A stretch of DNA of 64,000 nucleotides from Octopus sinensis (taxonomy: Eukaryota), in NCBI RefSeq assembly GCF_006345805.1, contig NC_043008.1:16430001-16494000 (forward strand), written 5' to 3'. The notes under the pieces were generated by a model. The model was given only the letters and a program-made list of their open reading frames with translations, did not search any database and was not told the DNA's origin. Below are positions 1 to 12,700 of this stretch, piece after piece (the first letter of the stretch is position 1; the number at the start of each line of letters is the position of its first letter). A program made the translations under genes and the position numbers.

Positions 1-517
1 CTTGAATATCATAAAATATAAATCACAAAACGTACAATGATGAACAGAAATCATGCTACTATTAAGATAAAATTCGGATAAAAATTACAGGAACTGTAAA
101 TTCCATTTTGTATCGTATAACTTCCCTTTTACTTTCTGCTCATAAACATCCCGAAGCTCGCTATTAACTAGACAGGCGAATGAAATTCTACAGTTGTAAA
201 ACATTAACGTACATTTGTTAGTAATTTTGTCTTATTTTTCCTTCTTTCTCTCCAAAATAATACTATAATTTGCTTCAAGCATTTATGAAGATAGAAGTTA
301 TAGATTGCAACAAAGATAGAGTTTGACAATTAAAAAGGAAATATAAAAATACAAAATATTTAAGATACTAGGATGTCACTGGAGCCATATTAATACTAAT
401 TAAGTATGCCTAAGTTAATATTTCAATACATCCCAATGCCTTAAAATTGATTCTTAATGCGCCAAATATATTGCTTTCAATATCCATGTTACCAAACATA
501 CACTATATCTATCTATA

Positions 518-598
<81 letters not shown>

Positions 599-709
599 GT
601 CTATCTATCTGTCTGTCTATCTCTCTGTCTATCTATCTATCTATCTATCTAACTACCAATCTGTATTTTATCTATCTATATCTTTCTCTCTGTTTCCATC
701 TCGCTCTCG

Positions 710-746
<37 letters not shown>

Positions 747-1150
747 TACATACACCTACGTATCCAAATGTCATTAGTCGTAGCATTTATTTACATTTAG
801 AGTCAGTTGGAGTATATATTCATCCGGGGTAGACATTCCCATATACATTTCTGGAAGGTTTTACACAAACGGTTAACAATGGTATATAACAATATTAATT
901 ATAGCTATTGGCTGAAAAACATCAAAAATAACTTTTATTTAGTTCTGTCCCTGCATTCAATAACTTCAAATGCAGATGGCTTTGAATTAGCATATTCATC
1001 TTTCCAGTTCGCAGCTGTAAAATCAAAATGCTTTAAATGCAATGCATTTAACCGGTCCACAAAATATATATGTCTTACAATCATATTTAATAATATTTAC
1101 CAGAACCACTCTTTTTTCGACTATGAATCTTATTTATTTTATTAATTCTT

Positions 1151-1736
1151 TTACTTGTCTCAGTGGTTTGACTGCAGACCAACTGTAGCACCGCTTTTAG
1201 ACGAACAATTCGACGCCAAAACTTATTTTTGTAAGCGTAGTACTTATTCTATCGGACTCTTGTGCCGAACCGCTAAGTTACGGGGACGTAAATTACGGTT
1301 GTCAAGCGATGTTGAAGGAGCAAACACAGACACACAAATACATACATATTCATAGTTGAAATTTATCGAGAAACAAAAAACGAAGACAGATGTATGAACA
1401 ACAACCATGTGTATTAGTTTGACGCTAGAGAAAAATGAAAAGGTCTTTTACGTTTACAGCCTACGCTCTTTAACAGAAAGAAATAAGAGAAAATAAACGC
1501 AGAGAGAGTGAATAGAAAATTGTAGATTTCAACGGTCCAGCATAGCAAATTCACACACAGACACACACACACATACATATATACGATGGGCTTCTTTCAG
1601 CTTTCGTCTACTGCAGGCTTTGGTCGGCCCGAGACTATAGTGGAAGACACTTGCCCAAGGTGCTACGTAGTGGGGACTGAACCCGGAACCATGTGGTTGG
1701 GAAACAAGCTTCTTATCACACAGCCACTCTTGCGCT
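1151..1736 (-). mobile_element. tRNA-derived SINE family A (CORE-like), interrupted by a nested insertion at about 1362-1553
   Basis: Matches the copies at 3097, 22331 and 49427 (head ggcgcaggagtggctgtgtgg, internal CA/TA tract, tail gactgaaacaagtaaaa). Foreign sequence sits inside its microsatellite tract. Confidence 0.8.
1362..1553 (-). mobile_element. Short non-autonomous element (Penelope-associated type) carrying a decayed hammerhead-like motif
   Basis: On the minus strand it has the same architecture as 19641-19872: pyrimidine tract, GAGC-loop-GCTC/G plus AAACGT motif, then agcgtcaa..taatac and an aactat end. Confidence 0.5.
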
Positions 1737-3096
1737 TACACAGCAGCTTATATTTATGTATTGAACACATGTTCCATATTTCCGAAAAAAAAATTACGAT
1801 GCTGGAGTACTGCCTTTAGACGAACAAATCGACACCTAAACTTATTTTTGTAAGCCTAGTACTTATTCTATCGGACTCGTTTGTCGAACCGCTAAGTTAC
1901 GATGTAATCGATTTTCCCACTCACCTACAATGGCCGTCCATGTGCCAGCCATTTGAATCGAATATTTACCTTCATATCACCTTTTGTTCGTTTCCCTTCC
2001 TTTCATCCCTGTTAGCTTTCTTCTTCCGGAACATTCATATATTACTAAACTTGATTTTAACTAGGATCATGTGTTTCTCATCTATGTGGAAGAAAAGTAT
2101 TATCCGCTGTGAGACTATATAATCTATATTTCATTTTAGACTTGCTTCTGATAAATGAATTGAATTATTTAAATACAGAATAAGAATGAAGTGAAATTCC
2201 GACTTATTTTTGTTGTGTAGCCCTCACTGCAGAAGATGGAGAAATTGAAAGTTATCCGCCTTGAGTTGGGTCACAGCAGCGCTTTGTCAGCAAACGCGGA
2301 CAATATTCTTAAGTAAGGATGAAGTGAAATTTCGACTTTTTTTTGTTGTGGATCCTTTATTGTGGAAGATGGAGAAATTGAATGTTATCCGCTTTGAGTT
2401 GGGTCACAGCAGATCTTTGCCCGCAAACGCCGACAACAACCATGTCAGAGTGTCACATACCTCGGATTTATAAGTGAGTAACCCAATACTAATTTAAAGC
2501 TAGGTAGGTACATAAGAAGAAATAAACCAAGACAGGTAGGTGAGCGTACAACCAAGTACTTGTTGAAGTAAATCCATGCTGGCCAGAAGTGATTCCTGTC
2601 ACTGCAGTGTACAAAAATGAAAGCCTCGATGTTTAAGTTGGACCAGACCTCCAGGCAGATAGCAGCTTTGAACATTATCGCAGGTATCATTCACATTTCT
2701 AGTCGATCGTTTCATCATGTTGCATAAAAAAATAAAAAGATGTTTGGACAACGTAAATCCTAAATATTTCAGCGTAATTTCGTCGAATAATTTCGTAAAC
2801 GACAGGACATCTTGATTGGGACAATAAAGTCTTACACAGATATTGACAACTGACGTATTAGTAAATGTTGTAAGCTGTTCGTGATGAGGTTTTACAAGCT
2901 TAAATACTAACTCAGTTATTCTACTTTATTCGATGTATTACGATGGATTTTCTATAATCAGTTAGACACCGGATATTTACTAGGATTTACGCTGTCTTTA
3001 CTTTTATTATAACCTATATCATTCTATGGTATAAATGACTATATATTTGAATGTATATGTATGTGCTTGCAGTGCGTGTATGTGTGTGTGTATTTT

Positions 3097-3478
3097 TTTT
3101 ACTTGTTTCAGTCATTTGATTGTGGCCATGCTGGAGCACCACCTTTAACCGAGCAACTCGACCCCGGAACTTATTCTTTGTAAGCCCAGCACTTATTCTT
3201 TCGGTCACTTTTGCCGAACCGCTAAGTGACGGGGACATAAACACACCAGCATCGGTTGTCAAGCAATGCTAGGGGGACAAACACAGACACACAAACACAC
3301 ACATACACATACATACATATATACATATATACGACGGGCTTCTTTCAGTTTCCGTCTACCAAATCCACTCACAAGGCTTTGGTCGGCCCGAGGTTATAGT
3401 AGGTGCCACGCAGTGGGAGTGAACCCGGAACCATGTGGTTGGTAAACAAGCTACTTACCACACAGCCACTCCTGCGCC
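3097..3478 (-). mobile_element. SINE family A, near full length
   Basis: Reverse complement of the 49427-49816 copy, with A/B-box-like head and tail gactgaaacaagtaaaa. Confidence 0.9.
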
Positions 3479-3855
3479 TATGTATGTATGTATTTATGTA
3501 TCTATCTACATATCTATGTATCTACTTATGTATTTTCGTCAACATTTTACACAATTACCTCATCATACAAGCAAGGTAACGATTTGGCAGGAGCGTTAGA
3601 GAGTTCACGTCATGTGTTTTATTTCAAACACTATTATTTCAAACTACACAAAAATCAGCTGCGCACTTCATTTTTAGACATGAGTAACAGTCTAGTAATG
3701 AGGTCGCTTGTCCTTTATCTTCTTTTCCCTTCAAAGGGATTTTTGTCAAATATAAGCATATTCATTTCCATTCATGGATACCGGGCTTTGATAGTATTAG
3801 GTACATAAGAAGGTTTTTAGCAAATGCGGAGGAGAGTGTAAGACAGCTACACATA

Positions 3856-4008
3856 CCCCAATGCTCAACTGGTACTCCTTTTATCGATCCCGATATGATG
3901 AAAGGCGAAATTTGACATCGGCGCAGTTTGAACTCTGAACGAAACGACGAACGGAACGCCGCTAATATATAGCCCGGCGTGCCAACGATTCTGCCAACTC
4001 TCCACCTT
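3856..4008 (-). mobile_element. SINE family B fragment
   Basis: Diverged match to the ggcggcgagctggcagaaacgttagcacgccgggcg...gagttcaaattccgccgag...ggtcgataaa family. Confidence 0.7.
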
Positions 4009-4534
4009 AAATGTTTTTAATATTAAATGTATGTCTGCAGAAGTTGGGATTGATTTTTCCACGACTTTGGCAACCTCAGATTCAAACTTTCAAATTTATA
4101 TTAAATTTCATTTCAGATTCCATAGAATATGAAATGTTACTGAAATGAATGGAGAGAGATCCTTGGAGAAATAAAGTTTGAACTAATTCAAAAAATAAAG
4201 TTTATGAAAAATGAAGTATGGGAATGGACACCATAAAGACAGTTTTAATCCGTTAATACAACTGATTGACTGATTTTATGCATGGGCCTGTCTCTGAAGC
4301 GATTTGTATGGTAATGATCAAAATAATAGATTTGTTACGCTACTGATAACTCCATCAGCGCGGTGTTCACAGTGGATAAATCAGATTTTGGAACGGCTCA
4401 TTTTCTGCTGATTGATATTATTGAAACCAATTTCATTTTATGAAATCAATTAAAGGCCACTGACAAAAAACACACTCAAACACCCACATCCTCCATATAT
4501 ATATATATAATATATATATATATATATGTAAAAA

Positions 4535-4815
4535 ACAAAATGGGACAATAACGCAACACATCCGAACATGTAGGTGATACAAAAGGGGACAACAAAACAT
4601 CCTGATAAGCGATCCAAAGAAAACAGGATGGGTCGTTCGAAGTTTTCTTTACTCATTCAAGCACCAGATCGCAATTTCGGTTGATTATTCTCGTGATTGC
4701 TCTAATCTGGCCAGCCCCAAGAAAAATCTAAGCTAAGTGCATTAGATTCCTTGGAAGGAAGCAGCGAATGTATACAAAATCGAGGACGTAAAAAAAACGG
4801 ACAATGTTACACAAA
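4535..4815. repeat. Dispersed non-coding repeat, related copy at 11035-11285
   Basis: Shared blocks gatgggtc.tt, ctaagctaag.g.attaga and g.gaatgt.tac occur in the same order in both copies. Confidence 0.55.
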
Positions 4816-5302
4816 TATAAATATAATACAAAAACATATGAGTATATAGATACATGTGTATGTGTATTGCGCATTTAGGAAATATAATAAGTATATGTTA
4901 TATAGCCTAGCATAGTAGATTATATATTTTAGCACTTATATTGATTTATATACGCTATTGACACCATTTATACCCTAAATGTGTATATTGATTGCAAACG
5001 TAATCCCACACCATACCACTAGATGGTAATTAGTGACGAAAATAATGTCGTTAAAACTGTGTGCACCACATCGTAACATCAGCAGAATTTAACATATCCC
5101 GAACAATTGTGCGTACTTTTCACTTTACGTATTTCACTGCTGTAATGAGTAAAAGTATTCGGTCATCCAAAGTCGAAGAGCCACGGGATAAATTACCTGC
5201 ATCAACTTGATCTAAAAGCAAGTAGTAATTTTACCTTGTCCTTATTCTTCGTGCACGTTTTGAAAAGTGCAGTTCGATTTTCATTTTTTTTTCAAAATTA
5301 TA

Positions 5303-5850
5303 ATGGAAGTGACAAAGGGGCATATTTGGCATATTTTTCTTATGAGTTCAATAATGCAACAACGAAATACAAAATGAAGTGAATAGTAATGTATGAGGAT
5401 CCGATAAAAGCAGATGCCAGTATCAACAGCTGTTCCAGAAATTCCGAGCCGGAAACTTCAGCCTACAAAATGAGCCCTGTTCTGGAAGATCCGTAGAACT
5501 TAACTAGGACGTCCTGCAAAGGAACAAGATCTCATCATAACTGTTGAGGAACTAGCAGTGAAGCTTCAATTTGGTCATTCAACCATTTATTGACACCACG
5601 TTCTATCGAAAACTCAGCAAATTGGGTCAATGGGTTCTTCACAAACTTTCCGACTATAATCGTGTGTAGAGAGTGAATGTTCTTCTGTGCTGTCACGTCT
5701 CACGAATTAATTATTTTTTTTCTTTTTTTGGACCGAATAGATACTGGTAACGTGAAATGGGTCCTCTATCAAGATGTGAAGTGCCGAAGAACTGGGTGGG
5801 GAAAGGAAAAAACACCAGCACCCCAGGCTGAAATAAAGTACGAGTCAGGC
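5303..5850 (+). pseudogene. Mariner transposase fossil (N-terminal HTH to start of the catalytic domain)
   Basis: ATG at 5303 (MEVTKGHIWHIF). YQQLFQKFRAGNFSLQNEPCSGRSVELN*DVLQ from 5421, WVLHKL at 5631 (WVPHEL motif), FLDRIDTGNVKWVLY around 5743 (TGDEKW motif). Multiple stops and frameshifts. Confidence 0.85.
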
Positions 5851-6110
5851 CGTTGAAGTCAATATAATTGACTTACCACCACCCCTCAGAACTGTTGGCT
5901 TTGTACCAAAACTAAAAGAAAACATAAAGGGAAGCATGAGTGGAGTTGCGTAGATTTCTTTCGTAACATATTACACGCGGAATATGTCTATAGGACAAAT
6001 ATGGAAGTGCATCAATCAAATAGGCTTTCCCCATATTCATGACATAATTAGCGCATTAGATTTAAATCGACAAATCGACGCTACTTTTTTTTCTTGAATC
6101 GAAAACATTG

Positions 6111-6322
6111 GCTTCAGATTTTGGCACAAGGCCAGTAATTTTGGTGGAGTGGTTAGGGGGATAACATGTACTCCAGTCTTCAAATGGTTTTTAAATTATC
6201 GACCTCGAGAGAATGAATGACAAAGTCGACCTCCGCGGAATTTGATCTAGAAACGTAAAGATGGACGAAGTGCCGCTAAGAAATTTTGTTTGGCGTCCTA
6301 ACTACTCTGCCAGCTCGTTGCC
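6111..6322 (-). mobile_element. SINE family B, diverged copy
   Basis: Head gccagctcg at about 6310 and core aaagtcgacctc.gcggaatttga. Confidence 0.7.
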
Positions 6323-6509
6323 TTTTTCCGAAACTTATATATCAGCACCAAATATATTCCGAAAATGTTTACAGATATGGAGAGTGGTGGCAGACCTAAA
6401 TGACTTATTTCACTGTTTGGTACAATCTCATGCCTATAGAGGAGAATATTTGCTACTCTTACAGAAAGTATTACATACACACACATATACACACAAACAT
6501 ACACACACA

Positions 6510-6563
<54 letters not shown>

Positions 6564-6626
6564 CATACATACATACAGGTATCTATACATGAACATACAC
6601 GCACGCGAGAAGGCACACACACACAA

Positions 6627-6657
<31 letters not shown>

Positions 6658-7834
6658 TACAGGGGCAAAATTTCATTGGTTGAATAGAATAGAATTCTAA
6701 AACAGACATTGAGATCAGATAGTCAGCACAGCTCTGCATGGTGTATTCGAGTTTCCCAGCCCAGAATATTAACAACACTCTCGACACCAGTCTGTGATGG
6801 AGATTAACAAAAATCTGATAAGCTTTATATGGAAAACTTGAGATATTAAAGACTGAATTAGATTCTCTAAAACATCAAATAACCTCTGACAGTTAAGTTA
6901 CGAGAACATATGGTAATATCTTCTGTTTCAAATTATTATTTTACACTGGATTTTGCTGTCGCTTTGTAAGCCACAATATTTTGACATATGTTCAATAAAT
7001 GTATTTGTTTCAAACTCCTTATTGCATTTTTGATAGTTTATAAACCTGACAGCATATGAGAATTTCTTTCGACAAACTTGGACCTTATCTTTAGGCGACG
7101 TCATCGAAATATTTCGATCCGAAGTTTCTCAATAATTCTCTCGTTTTTTTTTTGTTTTTCACAATAAAATCAAACCTGAAATGGCCCCGTGAAATCTTAA
7201 GAATATATTTACATCTTCAGTCATACATTTGGCTAGCTCAGTTGTTGGTCTTCGTGAATTAATCTGCCGTTGTCTACTTCAACATTTGAAGTCTTGCGCC
7301 AAGCTTAGAAATCAATATTGAAAACAATCTATTGAAGAATAAGACAATGCTTATGTTCGTGAGAAAGTTTACAGAAAGTTTATTGTTTTCTGGATTTATG
7401 CTTAACCTTATTCAACTTTAATCAAATGTTATCCATTTTCATGGCCGTCGACTAGTAGATATAATTGCAATTGCTCATTGTCACGAATGCAAACAGCTTA
7501 TAAGACATAGAACTATTAACTGATGCTAGCGTTTGTCACAAGAAAGCGGAGGAAAAGGAAACTATAAACAATAATGAAATTTAGGTTTCAATGGGTTTTC
7601 GTGACAGTTTTTTTCTTCCTTCTTGTTCCTGTATAATGCACCACAATTAAATCATAGCAAGTAATTCTCTTCCACTCGACAATGGATAGGTATTATTTCT
7701 TAGTTGTGTAATTTGAATAATATATGTATATATATATATGATACACATACACATATACAGACACGTATATATGTCTATATATATTTATGTGTACAAATTT
7801 ATATTTGCATCCACGAGTATATATATATATATAT

Positions 7835-7866
<32 letters not shown>

Positions 7867-8037
7867 ATATATATATATCATGCCTATAGAGGAGAATATT
7901 TACTAGTCTTAGAGAAAGTATTACATACACTCACACAGAGATATATATACATACATGTATCTATAAATAAACATACACGCACTTGACAGGGCACACACAC
8001 ACACCCACACACTCACACATACACATACATACATATA

Positions 8038-8079
<42 letters not shown>

Positions 8080-9048
8080 TTACTTCTGGATATCCTTGTT
8101 GCTTATTTTGATTATATATATATATATATATATATATATACGTGTGTGTGTATGTTTGTATGTGTGTGTATGTGTTTGTGTGCGTTTGTGCATGTGTATG
8201 CAGGTGTGAGTGTGTCTGTGTGTGCGTGTGCACGCGCGTGTGTATGAATTTATATATGTGCCTGTGCGTATACACACATGCACACACACATATATATATA
8301 TAGATATACGTGGATCAGCATGTTGTCTTAAGCGTGTCAGTGTGAACATTCCTATATTGTTAATTTTCTATGGCGTCCTTGTATATTCACTGCAACTTAT
8401 GTCATCTGATTCTAAATGTCAAAAGAATTACACCAAACTCCATATAATAGTTTATCACAGGAAAAAATATATATATACACTTGCTTTTTTATTATGTGTC
8501 GAGATATCTAGTAAACATGTTCCAATGAAAGTCTTGAACACATTTTAAAGACATATTAAAAATAATACTATTAAGAAATCGAAAAAAAGGGCATAATCAT
8601 GTTACGTCATTGATTATTCGTATAAATTTATTTAAAACCTAAATGGAAAGTATTAATTCTTCCTCTTTAAAGATATTATTCAATGGAGAAAATCTTATCA
8701 CAAATAATAGCCAGAATTTCTGTGTTCTTTATATGTCTATACCGCCTATTTTGCTTAGTGAAAATTTCGATGCTGTAATTTTTCAAATCTATTGCTTGCT
8801 ATCACGAAATTAAAGAATAACGTGTTTACGAAACAATAGTATACGTTCAGAGGTGAAGTTCTAGTATAAGAAATGATCGCTTGAACCTTTTAAATATTGA
8901 TATGTTGAGTATCACGAAGATTATTAGCGAAAATATCATTTAAATATTATTTTTAAATATACACACGCAATTACACGTTTATATATAAGTGTGAATATAA
9001 ATACACATATGTGAGTAAGTATATGCATATGTGAATACACACACACAA

Positions 9049-9081
<33 letters not shown>

Positions 9082-9095
9082 CATATATATGTTAC

Positions 9096-9296
9096 GGGGA
9101 TGTACTTGCATAGAAAGTGACCTGATCTCAGATCGTGTGCTGGAACGAAAACAATTGCAGCATGGAAGGTGTTTATAAGCCATTTAAGAAACACAAAAAC
9201 CGTTAGATTCACTTCAACACTTAAATTTAATTTGTCTAACTATTTTCGTCGCTCTAAGACCGCGACCTGTTCACTGACAAAACTCCGTGCTGCATC
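9096..9296 (+). mobile_element. About 200-bp MITE-like repeat monomer
   Basis: Homologous to both arms of 28216-28570. Its ends ggggatg...catc are short inverted termini. Confidence 0.7.
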
Positions 9297-9449
9297 TTTA
9301 TATATATATATAAGGTAACGATCAGAGACATACATTACTACAACAGAATGTCGATGAAGGTAACATTTACATTTGCAAAATATCTTCAGACACGGTTTCA
9401 AATTAATAGGACCAAGACGAAGAACCTATTCGAAGTTCTCAAAAGTACA

Positions 9450-9521
9450 ATGAGGAAAGCATGCGCCACATTCCGGAGATGTGTTGAAGCTGTAGTGGAA
9501 ATTGAGGCTGGCTACATGTAG
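9450..9521 (+). pseudogene. C-terminal fragment of a Tc1/mariner-superfamily transposase
   Basis: MRKACATFRRCVEAVVEIEAGYM* resembles the conserved Tc1-type terminus (ac..frrrleavv.a.Ggy.e*). Confidence 0.5.
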
Positions 9522-10331
9522 TAAACTGTTATCCCTCAGCCACAATCTATTTGATATTTGTTGATTGTAAAAATATGCTTTCATTATTGGATGGATTAAT
9601 GCGTTTCTCGTTTTGGGATTTGGTTTGCAAGATTCTATATATGAATCGTGTGTTGAAGCATATTCTGTTGTGTCTGGGGAGAGTCGTTTTCTTTTCGTGC
9701 CTTATAATTTAACACACTCACCGGTAAAATTTCCACTTTTTTCTTATTTTTATTCCCTTAAAATTGTCGTTGCTTCTTGCAACCTTTTCAATAATCTTGT
9801 GTTTTCTTTAACATTTATGCAAACTAACAAGTTTAACCCGAACATCCGGAGGACTTTTACCCACGTATATTCGTATTTCATTGACTGTGTCACAAACAGT
9901 CTTGCATAAAACACTTGTCATGTCCTTAAGTGCTAGGAGTTATATAGATGATAAATATTATATTATATTTGTAATTTCCCTGCTATAAAACAATATTTTC
10001 CCTATCCCCATAACTTTGCAATTATTTCAGAATACTTTATAGTGTGATTGCTTTGTTAATTTGTTCGTTCTTCTTTGATTTACAACCCAAATGTATGTGA
10101 CGTCATCCACTGCTAAACACTTTGAGGCTAATCGTTTTTGTCTCTTTATTACCTGCCATGTTCAATAATTTCCAGAATGTCTCATCTCATCGAGTATTTT
10201 CAGGTAATTACTTTTTTCTATATGTTCATTTTCCCCCGTTTGTTTAATTCTAATCGCTGCATTGCACTGATTACCCCGCTGACATAACGTACTCCGTGCT
10301 GAATTGTCTCGATTTGATGAACGAAAACTCG

Positions 10332-10349
10332 TACTACTACTACTACTAC

Positions 10350-10385
<36 letters not shown>

Positions 10386-10445
10386 AACTACTACTACTAC
10401 TACTTCTACTACTACTACTAGCACTGCTACTACTACTAGTGCTGA
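10332..10445. repeat. (TAC)n microsatellite
   Basis: Direct reading; source of the poly-L/poly-V/poly-S ORFs. Confidence 0.95.
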
Positions 10446-11789
10446 TGTTGTTGTTGTTAAGCAACAAGACGGGTAAGGGTGACTAGGTGATGGTCTAGGG
10501 CTTAGGGGCGGGAGACCCCAGACCTTGGAACAAAAAAAAAATTTGGTCGTCTTGTTGTAGTCGAGGGCTCTTCGTTGACGTCCGACACCACTGGGAGATG
10601 ACCCGCGAAGTCGCTGGAAATGGAGATCTCCAGGTCCAAATTCTTGGACCGCTGCTGTAGCTACAACTACTACTACCACCACCACCACTACACACAAACA
10701 CACACACAGATGTGTATACTCATGTGGGTGTAAGCATGTGCATGTGTATAATGTAAGTGTACGTATGCATAAACACACAGACACACACACATGTATGTAA
10801 ATGAGTTAATTCTTTCAGTCATTAGCCATCGACCATGCAGGGAGACCACCTTGCAATATTTAACCGCCCCAGTACTTGTTCTTAAAGCCTGGAGGTTAGT
10901 CAACCGTTTTCTTTTGTCGAACCGCTAAGTGACGGACACATATACACATCAAGACTAGTTTTTAAGTGATGGTCGTGGGCAAACACAAGCACAAAGACAC
11001 GCAAAACACACTGACTCACACGATACATAGGCGGATAAGAGAAGCAACAATTAGAAGGACAGGCAAAAAAAAGATGGGTCATTTTTGGCTTTCTTTCTTC
11101 AGTCAAGCCCCAGAAGTCACGACCGTGTCGGGCTGTTACACTTGAGATGGCTCGACCTGGTTGTTCCCAAAACTTCTAAGCTAAGAGTATTAGACCCATT
11201 TGTAAGAAAGCTAGTGAATGTGTACGGTAAGAAAGACAAAGAAAAATAAATAAAATAAACAAAATGCGGAGAACGTGGTGCGTGTGTGGCCAATGTTTTC
11301 TCTATTGAAAATTCTGACAAGATGTCATTTACAAGCTATTTATTCAAGCGAGAAAGAAGGATACTAGTCAGAACTTTTCCAGCTGCTGACAGTGTGCCTG
11401 TATTGTTTCCACACTTTATTTTGACACTTTTTCCTTTATTAAGAGGAAGAAAATTTGTATGCATCTTCTCTTTCGGGACAAAATCAACTCTCCACACTAC
11501 AGTACAAAATTCGTGAATCTTATTTTGACAAATTCCGTGACTTAAGCGCAAATACCTTCCTCCCAGATTCTTGGCAATATTCTATTTACTTATTTCTGTT
11601 ACTACCTCGTCTATTGAGGAGGGTGTAGTGTCCAAGGCTGGTGATACGCGTTTGTTAAATAGTCTCAATTACAGCATCATCTACACGTTACTCGCGGTTT
11701 AGAATCTTAGAAAAATGTTCAATGCAATTACCTGAGCATCCTCCTTGTAAATCAAAGGAGCCGATGCAGAAACGTAGGTCCTCAAAGTT

Positions 11790-11990
11790 ACTTCATAAGA
11801 TAGTGGACCTTCTTCCCGTGATTTGCATCTGCAGAAGCAGGAATATAAGAGGCAAGGCTTTCTCACCACGTACTTTAAACCAGTCTGATTGACCATAGCA
11901 TATTCCAGTGTTTGAGTTGCATGTTGAAACACCTGGTTTCGGAACTCCTCCCATGTTGTAATGACTTCGATCGCGAATCAACAATTCCGA
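11790..11990 (-). pseudogene. Possible degraded RTE-clade reverse transcriptase remnant
   Basis: NMGGVP...TGICYGQSDWFKVRG...MQITGRRSTIL weakly recalls BovB-type EMGIP...TGHGTTDWFQIGKG...IKIAGRNINNL. Key RT motifs are missing. Confidence 0.3.
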
Positions 11991-12544
11991 AGTTTCTTGC
12001 GTTATTGCTTTTTGGATGATTAAATATTTTTAAGGCTTCAGACAGTAACCGATTCCTTCAGGGCTCTATTTTCTCGTTTCTTTTCCGATCAAAAAGGTAA
12101 ACGAAAGCTGCGCACCGTGCGTTTGTACTGACGTAGCACCATTAGACATGTTGAGACAGACCCTTTTCATTCATCATGTAAAGGTTATTGAACACCTCCT
12201 TCAGAGATGTTTGAGACACATGATGAATGTTAGCGGGTCCTTACTGATTCCAGATTCAGAGGTATTGAGGGGAGCCGAGATTTTAAGCACTGATACGATG
12301 GCGTACAATGGACATATTTTTCAGATGAATGATCTCTAAAGAGATACGATAATACGATGAACTTGTTTGTGAAAAGCGCCCCTTGCAGTAACCAAAACTA
12401 CGGTTTCAGAATTTTGCTAAGTACTTGTTGAAGCCATGTGAAATATGAAAGGTCAGTTGGGAAAGCAATGCTTGTCGTTACAACCAATGGAGGAAACTTG
12501 TAGAGGAAAGAATGGGTATTTTTAAAAAATGTAAGTTTTCGTGT

Positions 12545-12700
12545 TGGCGGTAATGGCTGTGTGGTTAGGGAGCTTGCTTCCTAGCTGCATGGTTTCGGGT
12601 TCAGTCCCACTGCGTGGCACTTTGGGTAGGTGTCTTTCACTATAGCCCCGAGCTGACCGGAGCTTTGTGATTGAATTCGGTAGGTGGAAGTTACTGCCGT
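12545..12700 (+). mobile_element. SINE family A, 5' half
   Basis: ggctgtgtggttagggagcttgcttcc...ggttcagtcccactgcgtggcactttgggtaggtgtctt. Confidence 0.8.
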
